From: Thiotrichales bacterium
GTDB taxonomy: Bacteria > Pseudomonadota > Gammaproteobacteria > SZUA-229
Assembly (NCBI GenBank): GCA_020341835.1
Contig: CP070838.1
Coordinates: 1,544,487 to 1,600,883, forward strand
Direction: 5' to 3'
DNA length: 56,397 bases
Made by a program: the position numbers and the translations under genes. Position 1 is the first letter of the stretch. Every line of letters starts with the position of its first letter. The notes below the pieces were generated by a model. That model was not told where the DNA came from. It did not search any database and worked only from the letters and a program-made list of their open reading frames with translations. This document shows positions 48,010 through 56,397 of the stretch, in pieces.

Positions 48010-50064
48010 ATGCCTTCAGCCACGATACGCCAGCAGCTTGTGACAGCCGTAGTCAGTACGGTTGTGTTCCTGTTTCTGCTAATCGTTGCTGTCGAATCTC
48101 ATGCCGCGAGCAAATCATCTGAATCCTTCGTGATCGTGCTTGCATCAGCACCCGGCACGAACCTGAACTGGAAGCCGAAAAAAAACCCCCTGTTCAAGGG
48201 CCGCACCATCTATGTCACCCGGGCGACCGTAAAAGGCAAACCCTGGGAGAGGCTGAACCTGGGCTTCTTCAGCAGCCGCCAGAAAGCCGTGCTGGTGATG
48301 AACGATGTTCAGCACCAGTACCCTGGTGCCTGGCTCAGGGAGGTTACAGCTGACGAAGTCCAAAGGGCCAGCGGCAAGGCACTGGTCGCTCCCACTGCGA
48401 AGCCGGCACCAAAATCTTCAACAGCCATCGCCAATACCTCGACATTAACGGACGAGCAACTCGATAGCCTGATGCAGCGCGCAAAAAATGATTTCAAGAG
48501 CAACAACTATGCGCAGGCAATTCGTTATCTGAAAGCAATTATCGCTGCAGGCGATCACAAATATTCAATGGAAGCACTGGAACTGCTTGGGCTGTCACGA
48601 CAGCGCAAGGGGCAGAATGCCCATGCCGCCAGGATTTATCGCGAATACCTCGAAAAATATCCCGAAAGTGAAGGCGCTGTGCGTGTCTCACAACGCCTGA
48701 CCGGACTGATGACAGCCACCCAGGAACCCAGGGAAAAAATTCATATGGAAGCAGAAGCGAAGCCGGTGTCCAGCACATCCGTGTTCGGCAGCTTTTCTCA
48801 GTATTACCGCAGGGACAGGGCCGAGGCGGATGATCTGGATGAATCACTGACCACGCTGTCGCAGCTGATTACATTTCTGGATCTGACAACCCTGCACCAG
48901 TCAGCGCGATTTGACCACCGTTTTCAGTTCGTCGCCGATGATACCTATGATTTTCTGGAAGAGGAAGAACAGAACTCGTTCCGGTTTATTGAAATGTATT
49001 ACGACCTGGGTTCGAGAATGACCGGCACATCGGGCAGGATCGGCAGGCAGGCTTTACGCCTTGGCGGCATCCTGAGAAGGTTCGACGGTATCTCGGCAGG
49101 TTACCAGTTCACACCGGGCATGCGCCTCAATCTGCTCGGCGGTTACCCGGTAGATATTGACAACAATACCTCGATCAATGAGCACAAAAAGTTTTATGGC
49201 GTGACCTTTGAAACCGGCACCTTCCTGCAGCACTGGGACATGAATCTGTTTTACTTCGACCAGAGCATCGATGGCATCGATGACGCCAGCAATGTCGGCA
49301 CAGAAGTCCGTTACAACGACAGGACCACTTCTCTGTTCGGCATGGTTGATTACAACCTGGACTACAAGGAACTGAACATCCTCCAGTTCAATGCCAACCT
49401 GCTGTTCGACCGGGGCCGAGCGGCCTACATGAACGCCTTCATGCGCAAAGCACCGGTGCTTTCCACCAGCAACGCACTGATCGGGCAAACGGAAGAAACG
49501 ATCGAGGAACTGCTGCAAACGCTGAGCATCGAGCAGGTCTACCAGCTGGCACGCGATCGCACCGCCGACAGCGCCACTATCACCATAGGCGGCTCGTCGC
49601 CGATCAGTGCGAAGTTCCAGACCAATGCGGATATCACTTTTTCCAAGGTTACCGGCACCCCGGCTTCGGGCGGTGTACCGGAAACACCCTCGACCGGTAC
49701 CGATTACTTCATCAGCGCACAGATCGTCGGTAACGACCTGATACTGAAACGAGATACCGGTGTGCTCGGTATACGCTATCTCGACAGCAGACTGTCAAAC
49801 ACCTGGGCGTTTATTGCCAATACCCGAATTCCGATATCACGCGACTGGCGCCTGAACCCGCGTCTGCAGTATGACATACGCAAACTTACCGACGGCCGCT
49901 CTCAGGACAAGCTCAGATTGCTGGTAAGAACCGATTACAGGTACTTGAACAAGATTCGATTTGATCTCGAACTCGGCTACGAGAACACCAGTGATGAACT
50001 CAACGGCCAATCACTCGGCACCAATAATTTCTTCCTGATGGCTGGCTACCGCTGGGATTTTTGA
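48010..50064 (+). CDS. Outer-membrane beta-barrel protein with an N-terminal SPOR-like domain and a TPR segment
   Basis: Signal peptide ..AVESHA/AS. SPOR-like segment FVIVLASAP..WERLNLGFFSSRQKAVLVMNDVQHQYPGAWLREV. TPR-like segment NNYAQAIRYLKAI..ARIYREYLEKYPESEGA. The C-terminal roughly 400 aa have an alternating-hydrophobic pattern and end in the OMP beta-signal FFLMAGYRWDF. Confidence 0.75.
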   Translation: MPSATIRQQLVTAVVSTVVFLFLLIVAVESHAASKSSESFVIVLASAPGTNLNWKPKKNPLFKGRTIYVTRATVKGKPWERLNLGFFSSRQKAVLVMNDVQHQYPGAWLREVTADEVQRASGKALVAPTAKPAPKSSTAIANTSTLTDEQLDSLMQRAKNDFKSNNYAQAIRYLKAIIAAGDHKYSMEALELLGLSRQRKGQNAHAARIYREYLEKYPESEGAVRVSQRLTGLMTATQEPREKIHMEAEAKPVSSTSVFGSFSQYYRRDRAEADDLDESLTTLSQLITFLDLTTLHQSARFDHRFQFVADDTYDFLEEEEQNSFRFIEMYYDLGSRMTGTSGRIGRQALRLGGILRRFDGISAGYQFTPGMRLNLLGGYPVDIDNNTSINEHKKFYGVTFETGTFLQHWDMNLFYFDQSIDGIDDASNVGTEVRYNDRTTSLFGMVDYNLDYKELNILQFNANLLFDRGRAAYMNAFMRKAPVLSTSNALIGQTEETIEELLQTLSIEQVYQLARDRTADSATITIGGSSPISAKFQTNADITFSKVTGTPASGGVPETPSTGTDYFISAQIVGNDLILKRDTGVLGIRYLDSRLSNTWAFIANTRIPISRDWRLNPRLQYDIRKLTDGRSQDKLRLLVRTDYRYLNKIRFDLELGYENTSDELNGQSLGTNNFFLMAGYRWDF

Positions 50065-50103
50065 TACACGCAAAAACATAGTCTTTTTATCGCTGCCGCA
50101 GTT

Positions 50104-50739
50104 TCAGGGCTTGACCGCAACCAGTTGAACGACAGCACCCCTGCCGGTGTGGAACCTGCCCTCGACGACATCCCGCTCGCATTCAACGGCATGGCTGAAA
50201 TTCAGCCCCTCGAATTCCACTTCGAGAGCATCCAGCGACATGGTCATTTCTGATACCGGCGGACCGCCGGTTCCCCGCCCGATCTGATCCGGAGTATAGG
50301 CTTCGAGCACAAGCATACCGCCGGATTTAAGCCCCGTTACGATTTTTCGATGCAGCGCTCTTCTGATATCAGGCGGGACATGGGCAAAAATGGATATAAT
50401 CGCATCCCAGCTGTCGACTTCAATATCAAAATCCGCCAAGTCCTTAACCAGCGTTGTTATCGTTACACCGTGTTCCTGTGCCAGCCTTTCAGCCTTTGTC
50501 AGGCCAATCGCAGAGGCATCAACGGCTGTCACTTCATGACCGTGCTCTGCAAGGAAAACCGCGTTCCTACCCTCCCCTTCTGCGAGACACAATGTTCTGC
50601 CTCTGGGAATGATTTCAACCTGACTGGTCAGAAATTCGTTCGGCTCCTTGCCATAGGCATACTCCGGCATGTTATAGCGCTCATCCCACATTCGATCGAC
50701 CTCTATCAAACCGGTAACGGATGAAATCCGTATCGCCAC
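50104..50739 (-). CDS. Class I SAM-dependent methyltransferase (TehB/TPMT-like)
   Basis: RTLCLAEGEGRNAVFLAEHGHEVTAVDAS motif I region. The likely start is the ATG at 50691 (MWDERYN). Confidence 0.8.
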   Translation of the reverse strand: MAIRISSVTGLIEVDRMWDERYNMPEYAYGKEPNEFLTSQVEIIPRGRTLCLAEGEGRNAVFLAEHGHEVTAVDASAIGLTKAERLAQEHGVTITTLVKDLADFDIEVDSWDAIISIFAHVPPDIRRALHRKIVTGLKSGGMLVLEAYTPDQIGRGTGGPPVSEMTMSLDALEVEFEGLNFSHAVECERDVVEGRFHTGRGAVVQLVAVKP

Positions 50740-50845
50740 CTTCGATCGTTGACAACGGCCTTAGATTATTCATGAATTCGTAACACAATCGACATATCCG
50801 CAGACTATAAAGCTCTGCGTTTCATTTATTTAACAGGAGAAAAAC

Positions 50846-51004
50846 ATGCTAACCGAAGTTGACGTAAAACGCATCATGGCAGCCAAAATGCAACTGGCGG
50901 AGTCGATTACAGATCACTGGGACATAGAGCAGAGCGATGACGACGAGATATTCGAGGTGATGGAAGAAGATACTTCTGTCACAGAAACCAACGGGCTGAT
51001 GTAA
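50846..51004 (+). CDS. Small acidic hypothetical protein (52 aa), absent from the ORF track
   Basis: The ATG at 50846 is preceded by AGGAGA at a 6-nt spacing. Translation: MLTEVDVKRIMAAKMQLAESITDHWDIEQSDDDEIFEVMEEDTSVTETNGLM. No homology could be assessed. Confidence 0.35.
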   Translation: MLTEVDVKRIMAAKMQLAESITDHWDIEQSDDDEIFEVMEEDTSVTETNGLM

Positions 51005-51016
51005 ACCAGCATCAGC
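50995..51016. terminator. Weak hairpin between convergent genes (7-bp stem)
   Basis: gctgatg-taaaccag-catcagc. It overlaps the stop codon of the small ORF. The U-tract is poor on both strands. Confidence 0.25.
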
Positions 51017-51062
51017 TCATTGGTCTGCCAGTCTATCTTCCGGACCCCAACCTCGTTTAACC

Positions 51063-51284
51063 TCACTTCCAGAACCGTCCAACCAGATAGATGATCAAGG
51101 TAAAAACGACCGAAACCACGATCATCGTGACCACCGGGAAGTAGAAGCGTACATTCTCGCGTTCGATTCGTATATCGCCCGGCAAACGGCCAAACCATGA
51201 CAGCCACCCGGTATTGGCAAGCACGCCGGCGATAATCAGCAAAATACCGCCGATAATGAGCCAGGTTCCAAATGATTTAGGCAT
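51063..51284 (-). CDS. DUF2905-family small membrane protein
   Basis: 73 aa. The motif ..FGRLPGDIRIERENVRFYFPVVT.. and two TM helices are characteristic of DUF2905. Confidence 0.75.
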   Translation of the reverse strand: MPKSFGTWLIIGGILLIIAGVLANTGWLSWFGRLPGDIRIERENVRFYFPVVTMIVVSVVFTLIIYLVGRFWK

Positions 51285-51315
51285 GCCGTAGCCTCTTTAT
51301 CAGGGAACGCGATAA

Positions 51316-51822
51316 TCAGACTGACCAGCCGGATACTGTAATGTTGTAGAAATGAGGAATGTCATATACATACTCATCAAGCTCGTTCCAGGTACTAACA
51401 CCGTCGCCTTCAACTTCGACTTCTTCGAGACTTAACTCCAGCCCCAGCCTGTCAGCAGCCGCTTTGAGCTTCTGATAACCGGGCGTGGCTTCGATATCCC
51501 CGGGTGTCAGCTCGCTGAACTGAGAAAGCTCGAACCTGGACATGTCTTTATCGAGCAAGGTGTAGGTAATGCTGCCTTTTGGCTCAAATGACTGCCTGCC
51601 CGGATGCGGGTAATGCCCCCGCCTGTCCTGCTCGATATCCTGTTCCAGCCCGGCGCTGATTCTGGCAAGCTCATTGCTGAACCAGTGTTTGAGTTCCGGC
51701 AATGTTTCCTGCTCTGTTTTATTGAAAAGCGCAAGATAGACGATCCCACACAGTAAAACAACAATTAATAAAGTCGTCATATTATCTTTCATCAGACGAA
51801 CCAGGAACAAGGTCGCACGCAA
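51316..51822 (-). CDS. Hypothetical membrane-anchored protein
   Basis: A single N-terminal TM (TTLLIVVLLCGIVYLALF) followed by an acidic soluble domain. The start is probably at 51792 or 51780. I recognised no family. Confidence 0.5.
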   Translation of the reverse strand: MRATLFLVRLMKDNMTTLLIVVLLCGIVYLALFNKTEQETLPELKHWFSNELARISAGLEQDIEQDRRGHYPHPGRQSFEPKGSITYTLLDKDMSRFELSQFSELTPGDIEATPGYQKLKAAADRLGLELSLEEVEVEGDGVSTWNELDEYVYDIPHFYNITVSGWSV

Positions 51823-52686
51823 TCAGTGCCCACCCATCTCCCGGGAATTGACCAGCGCCTCATAAGACTGAACCCAACCCACAGGGAAATTCCCAAGATA
51901 GAACCTTGCAGGTTCATAATGGTTTTCCGCCGTAAATGGTGCCTGAAACCTGTCAGAAACAAGGTCCTCCCTGACAAAGAACGCATTCACGCCAGTAATA
52001 TTGCAGCCCACAAGACAGTATCCTTTCCTGGACAGATTAACTTCAAGAAATTTCAATGACGCCCCGTAACTATCGTTATGCCTGAATACATGATTTTCAT
52101 CATAGTCCATGCAATAAAGCACTGGCGGGAAAAACTTTGCGTTATATTCGATAACAATCACCCTTGGATTTACGCATTCAATCGCCTCAAGCACATGATA
52201 ATCATTGCCATCTATATCGACTGACAGCAGATCGATCTCATCATGATCAATATTCTCTGATATGGTCACATCGATATTATCCTTTGTTATAAATGAATGA
52301 ACGACCTGCAGCTGACCTTTATTAATGATACTCGAAAAATTACTTGTTATTCTGTCGACATACTTTTTATACGCATCGATCCATAAACCCGTCCAGCCGT
52401 CGAACAACAATGCCAGTGTGTTGTTTTCAAGCGGGTCAACGCCAAATTCCACAAACACCTTGTTCGTCACGCCAATCCGGTTGAAAATCTCCCTGATAAT
52501 TCCATCCTCATCGCTTTGAGAATACATCCTGCCTCCAAATGGAACCAGGTTTTTTGGATCCCTGTAGCGCTCGCTGCTTTTAATATTATTTATCTCCTGA
52601 ACAACCAGAAGTTGTTTTATGATGTCTGTATTAACCACCAGTTTTTTGATCAGGCTTCTTTTCTTTCTTAAAAATCTTCTAAACAT
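51823..52686 (-). CDS. FkbM-like SAM-dependent methyltransferase (tentative)
   Basis: YSQSDEDGIIREIFNRIG..FVEFGVDP..NTLALLFDGWTGLWIDA and LLSVDIDGNDYHVL resemble the FkbM-like family. Markedly AT-rich. Confidence 0.5.
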   Translation of the reverse strand: MFRRFLRKKRSLIKKLVVNTDIIKQLLVVQEINNIKSSERYRDPKNLVPFGGRMYSQSDEDGIIREIFNRIGVTNKVFVEFGVDPLENNTLALLFDGWTGLWIDAYKKYVDRITSNFSSIINKGQLQVVHSFITKDNIDVTISENIDHDEIDLLSVDIDGNDYHVLEAIECVNPRVIVIEYNAKFFPPVLYCMDYDENHVFRHNDSYGASLKFLEVNLSRKGYCLVGCNITGVNAFFVREDLVSDRFQAPFTAENHYEPARFYLGNFPVGWVQSYEALVNSREMGGH

Positions 52687-52847
52687 TGCGGTGCGTACCC
52701 CAGGTCAATTTGACAGTTTTTGCGCTGTCAGAATACCCTTGCCAGTCTCTGCAGCTTAACTGTGCGACTGGTAAAAATATCGACAAAAATGCTGATTATA
52801 ACGCTGTTAACACTTTAATTGTCAGACAGAAAGGCCACCCCCCAGAA

Positions 52848-53471
52848 ATGGGTAAATGTGACACTCCTGCTACGCAAGACACTGAATTACTGCGATATTT
52901 GCCTATACCAGCCACACAGGATTGGCACACAACCTTATATGATAATACAATAGACTTTCGCTACCTGTGTGCCGATATTCAACAATTACAACAATATGCA
53001 ATACTGCCAGGTGTCGCTTTGATCAGGGATTTTTTCAAAAACCTGCTATCGCTTGAAGGCCGCTTGAACAGAATTGGCTTTCTTCATTCGTTCGTTCTCA
53101 TTCTGTGCCTGTTTGTTTTGCTTTCGATCATCAATCATGAATATATTCGGCGCACCGACAGCGCATTGACGGTTTATCTATATGTGAAAAGCCTGCAATC
53201 GATATTGTTGCTCGCCTTGTGGACACCGTCGATAATCAAACGCTTGCACGATATCGGCTTCAGGGGAAACTATGTCTGGATCGCATGGGTTGCACTGCTT
53301 ATGGATGCGCACAACCTGATGCTGCTGAATATTCATATTGCCGCTTTCCTGCAGAAAATTCAGCTGATCATGTTTGTTTTCTATGCGCTGGTCCTGATCT
53401 ACTATGTGTTCCTGTTTTTGATGCCGGGCAGCAGGGATGTTAACGAATGGGGTGAGCCTCAGGAATTCTAG
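52848..53471 (+). CDS. DUF805-domain inner-membrane protein
   Basis: C-terminal LEGRLNRIGFLHSF..IKRLHDIGFRGNYVWIAWV..PGSRDVNEWGEPQ matches the DUF805 (YhaH-like) pattern. The track start is TTG at 52686; the ATG at 52848 is preferred but uncertain. Confidence 0.7.
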   Translation: MGKCDTPATQDTELLRYLPIPATQDWHTTLYDNTIDFRYLCADIQQLQQYAILPGVALIRDFFKNLLSLEGRLNRIGFLHSFVLILCLFVLLSIINHEYIRRTDSALTVYLYVKSLQSILLLALWTPSIIKRLHDIGFRGNYVWIAWVALLMDAHNLMLLNIHIAAFLQKIQLIMFVFYALVLIYYVFLFLMPGSRDVNEWGEPQEF

Positions 53472-53563
53472 GGCACCGGATCTTTTACCGCGCTGCTTGC
53501 GGCGCTACACGATATGGTCTTTAATCTTTTTCAGGTCTAAATTTCAACAGACAGGAAGCACTC

Positions 53564-54160
53564 ATGCAAACATCAACGATTGTGGTCCTGGTCATCATCG
53601 CGGTGATCATTCTTTATATCATCAATATCTTCAACAGCCTTGTCAGTTTGCGCAATCGTTACAAGAACGCTTTCGCTCAGATCGAGGTTCAGCTCAAACG
53701 CCGCTACGATTTGATCCCGAACCTGATCGAGACCGCCAAGGGCTATATGAAGCATGAACGGGAAACACTGGATTCGGTGATTAAAGCCCGCAATGCTGCC
53801 GCCAGCGGACTCGCGGCCGCTGCAGCGGATCCTGGCAATGCCGCCGCGATCAGGGAACTGATCGGCGCTGAAGACGCGCTCACCGGTGCGCTGAGCAGAT
53901 TCAATGTTGTGATGGAAGCTTACCCGGATCTCAAGGCCAACCAGAACATGATGCAATTGAGCGAAGAGCTGACTACCACCGAGAACAAGGTGGCGTTTGC
54001 CCGTCAGGCCTTCAACGATTCGGTCATGGAGTACAACACCTACAAACAGTCGTTCCCACCGGTCATCTTTGCTGCAACCTTCGGGCACGCGCAGGATGCC
54101 ACTCTGCTCGAATTCGAAGACAGCGCGGCTATCCAGGAAGCACCCAGGGTTTCCTTCTGA
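53564..54160 (+). CDS. LemA-family protein
   Basis: 198 aa. N-terminal TM, then [47 protein letters not shown], a canonical LemA sequence. Confidence 0.9.
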   Translation: MQTSTIVVLVIIAVIILYIINIFNSLVSLRNRYKNAFAQIEVQLKRRYDLIPNLIETAKGYMKHERETLDSVIKARNAAASGLAAAAADPGNAAAIRELIGAEDALTGALSRFNVVMEAYPDLKANQNMMQLSEELTTTENKVAFARQAFNDSVMEYNTYKQSFPPVIFAATFGHAQDATLLEFEDSAAIQEAPRVSF

Positions 54161-54180
54161 GGGTACATTAAAGCGAATTT

Positions 54181-56103
54181 ATGAATTTTTTCAGTGCGCA
54201 GGATCACGCCCGTCGGAATACCGGCAGGCTGATTGCCCTGTTTCTGCTAGCGGTTGTTTCACTGATTGTGATGACCAATCTGCTCGTCATGTTCGTATTC
54301 GGCTATCTAGGGGCGGACCAGGCCGGCACCGTCCCTGTCATGCAGCTGATGCAGCACCTCGACTGGGGAGTATTTCTGACAATTGGTGCTGCGGTAACGC
54401 TCGTCATCTTGCTGGGAAGCCTGTACAAAATCGTAGCGCTTTCCGGCGGCGGCGCTCGAGTCGCAGAAATGCTCGATGCCGAACTGGTCGTCAGCGGCGA
54501 CCCGGACTTCAAAAAACAGCGCCTGCTCAACGTCGTCGAAGAAATGGCCATTGCGTCCGGCACGCCTGTACCTCCGGTATACCTGCTCGAAGAGGAAGGT
54601 ATCAATGCATTCGCCGCAGGTTACAGGCCTGGCGATGCCATCATCGGTGTAACGCGCGGCGCCATTGAAAAACTGAGCCGCGAACAGCTGCAGGGCGTCA
54701 TTGCGCACGAATTCAGCCACATACTCAACGGTGACATGAAGCTCAATATTCGGCTGATCGGATTATTGCACGGCATTTTACTGATCGGCATGATCGGTTA
54801 TTACATTCTCAGGAGCAGCTCGCATTCATCGCGTTCGAAGAACAGTGGCGGCGCCGCCGTTCTCGGTCTGGGCCTGGTCGTCGTTGGCTACGCGGGGACT
54901 TTTTTCGGCAACCTGATCAAGGCTGCCGTCAGCCGACAACGCGAGTATCTTGCCGACGCATCAGCAGTGCAGTTCACCAGAAACCCGGACGGGATCGCCG
55001 GAGCGTTGAAACGCATCGGTGGCGAGGCTGCTGGCTCGATCATCGAAAATCCTTCCGGCGTGCAGATCAGCCACGCACTCTTCAGCCAGGGTATCAAAAC
55101 CTGGCTGGGCAGCCTCTATGCAACCCATCCACCACTGGACAAACGCATCTACAGCATCCAGCCGGGCTGGGACGGCGAATTTGACTATTCCCTGCCCGCG
55201 ACCACTGATCAGGCCGCACCTGAAAGCCCGACACCCTCCGGTACACCCGGCGAGCAACAGTTCGCGACCATGGAGGCGGTTGCTGCGGCAATGACCAGTG
55301 GCGCAATCATTGAAAGGATCGGACAGCCCACACCATCACTGCTGGCTTACGCCCACAAATTGATCGATGACCTGCCGCCCGAGTTCTCAACAGCGGTAAA
55401 CGATCCTTATGCAGCGCGAGCAGTTATTTATTTTCTGCTGCTGGACAAAGACCGTGCAGTGCATGTTGAACAGCTCGAACATCTCAAATCCTCAGCCGAT
55501 GCCGGTGTGTATGAAGAAACCATGAAGCTGGTACGAGCCGGCTTTGAACTGAAAAAAGAATATCGTTTGCCGCTGGTTGACATGGCACTGGCCACCCTGC
55601 ATCAGTTATCAGTAAAGCAATACCGATTATTCAAGCAGAATCTGAATACACTGATAGAAATCGACAGCAAGGTCAGCCTGTTCGAGTGGTCGATACGAAA
55701 AATCGTATTCCATCACCTGGATCCGGTGTTTGACAAAAAGCCCGGAACCGCGCGTCAGAATCTCGTTCTCGAACAGACAAACGATGCCTGCGCCGTGCTG
55801 CTGTCTGTCCTGGTTTACTCAGGCAAGCAGCAGGGTATCAGCAATGAAAAGGTGTTTGATCTCGCCAGCGAGGAGCTCAACGGTTTGACAGTATCACTGC
55901 TGCCAAAAAGTGAAATCACGCTGGACAAACTCAACAGCGCGCTCGACCGACTGGTGAGTCTGAAGCCCCTGGAAAAACCCCTGCTGCTCAAGGCATGTGC
56001 GATTTGCATTACCGCTGATCGGCAGGTGACCTCTAGTGAAGTCGAGATATACCGGGCAATCTCGGCCATACTCGATTGCCCGGTACCACCGCTGGTCGTG
56101 TAA
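54181..56103 (+). CDS. M48-family zinc metallopeptidase (HtpX-like) with a long C-terminal extension
   Basis: HEFSHILNGD (HExxH) between TM segments. The pairing with an upstream LemA gene is a common arrangement. Confidence 0.88.
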   Translation: MNFFSAQDHARRNTGRLIALFLLAVVSLIVMTNLLVMFVFGYLGADQAGTVPVMQLMQHLDWGVFLTIGAAVTLVILLGSLYKIVALSGGGARVAEMLDAELVVSGDPDFKKQRLLNVVEEMAIASGTPVPPVYLLEEEGINAFAAGYRPGDAIIGVTRGAIEKLSREQLQGVIAHEFSHILNGDMKLNIRLIGLLHGILLIGMIGYYILRSSSHSSRSKNSGGAAVLGLGLVVVGYAGTFFGNLIKAAVSRQREYLADASAVQFTRNPDGIAGALKRIGGEAAGSIIENPSGVQISHALFSQGIKTWLGSLYATHPPLDKRIYSIQPGWDGEFDYSLPATTDQAAPESPTPSGTPGEQQFATMEAVAAAMTSGAIIERIGQPTPSLLAYAHKLIDDLPPEFSTAVNDPYAARAVIYFLLLDKDRAVHVEQLEHLKSSADAGVYEETMKLVRAGFELKKEYRLPLVDMALATLHQLSVKQYRLFKQNLNTLIEIDSKVSLFEWSIRKIVFHHLDPVFDKKPGTARQNLVLEQTNDACAVLLSVLVYSGKQQGISNEKVFDLASEELNGLTVSLLPKSEITLDKLNSALDRLVSLKPLEKPLLLKACAICITADRQVTSSEVEIYRAISAILDCPVPPLVV

Positions 56104-56117
56104 GCGGGTGGTTGGTG

Positions 56118-56397
56118 CTAGCTACCGGCTTCATCAATAAACGCGTAGCCATCCCGATAGCTTTTATAGATAAACCGGTATCCGAGTTGCTTCAAACGCC
56201 TGTTGCTGCAGCGTTTATTCTGATCGCTATCGAGTGGCAATACGGCTTTTTCAGGCGCTGTTACACCAAGCCTGGCTGAAAGGTAGCTGTAGACCTCCCA
56301 TTTAGGCGCCGGATCATCGTCAGATGCCAGGTATACCGAGTCGAGCTCGGTTCCGGCGATCATACGCGTGGCAATGAAATACAGCACAGCAATGCAA
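56118..56397 (-). CDS. C-terminal fragment of an SDR/NAD-dependent epimerase-like oxidoreductase (YeeZ-like); N-terminus lies outside the window
   Basis: The ORF runs off the right edge. The C-terminal ..NKRCSNRRLKQLGYRFIYKSYRDGY resembles YeeZ-type SDR proteins. Confidence 0.55.
   Translation of the reverse strand, partial: CIAVLYFIATRMIAGTELDSVYLASDDDPAPKWEVYSYLSARLGVTAPEKAVLPLDSDQNKRCSNRRLKQLGYRFIYKSYRDGYAFIDEAGS

Overview
Chromosomal segment of a gammaproteobacterium. GC is roughly 50% by eye, and the glnE-ilvE-hldE-waaF order is Pseudomonas-like. I call about 50 protein genes. I found no rRNA, tRNA, CRISPR array, transposase or integrase.

Layout:
- (i) 1-9 kb, housekeeping: a CCG-domain Fe-S oxidoreductase fragment, an FkbM methyltransferase, thiC, a pcm-like/rhodanese/tolC trio, lpxL and waaA.
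- (ii) 9-29.5 kb, a large LPS core/outer-core locus: kdkA, five family-9 (heptosyl-type) glycosyltransferases including waaF, two GT4, one GT2, an O-antigen-ligase-like protein, UDP-glucuronate decarboxylase, two small SAM methyltransferases, a purple-acid-phosphatase-like enzyme, an LTA-synthase-like transferase and hldE. An FAD-oxidoreductase/aldo-keto-reductase pair is embedded in it.
- (iii) 29.5-35 kb: zf-CHCC protein, ilvE, glnE, argE.
- (iv) 35-43.7 kb: a lone FkbM methyltransferase, then a same-strand run of TM-anchored ferredoxin/flavin oxidoreductase, secreted Sel1+ankyrin protein, MoxR ATPase, a DUF58 gene broken by an in-frame TAA, and a TgpA-like transglutaminase.
- (v) 44-50 kb, the most interesting block: a divergently transcribed operon for a His-rich (HX13H x2) inner-membrane protein, a 21-haem c7-polymer cytochrome, a 15 CxxCH + 1 CxxxCH repeat cytochrome and a 684-aa outer-membrane beta-barrel protein. 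I read this as an uncharacterised porin-cytochrome-type electron conduit.
- (vi) 50-56 kb, miscellaneous: SAM methyltransferases, DUF2905, DUF805, LemA plus M48 peptidase, and an SDR fragment.

Non-coding oddities:
- A 237-bp intergenic element bounded by perfect 22-bp inverted repeats. It is either a 6S-like structured RNA or a MITE.
- Inverted arrays of GTGGCGA-type heptamers plus a perfect bidirectional terminator-like hairpin in the thiC/pcm divergent region, where I could not find a TPP riboswitch.
- Two 21-bp direct repeats in the control region of the cytochrome cluster.

All functional calls come from reading motifs by eye. No database search was run.
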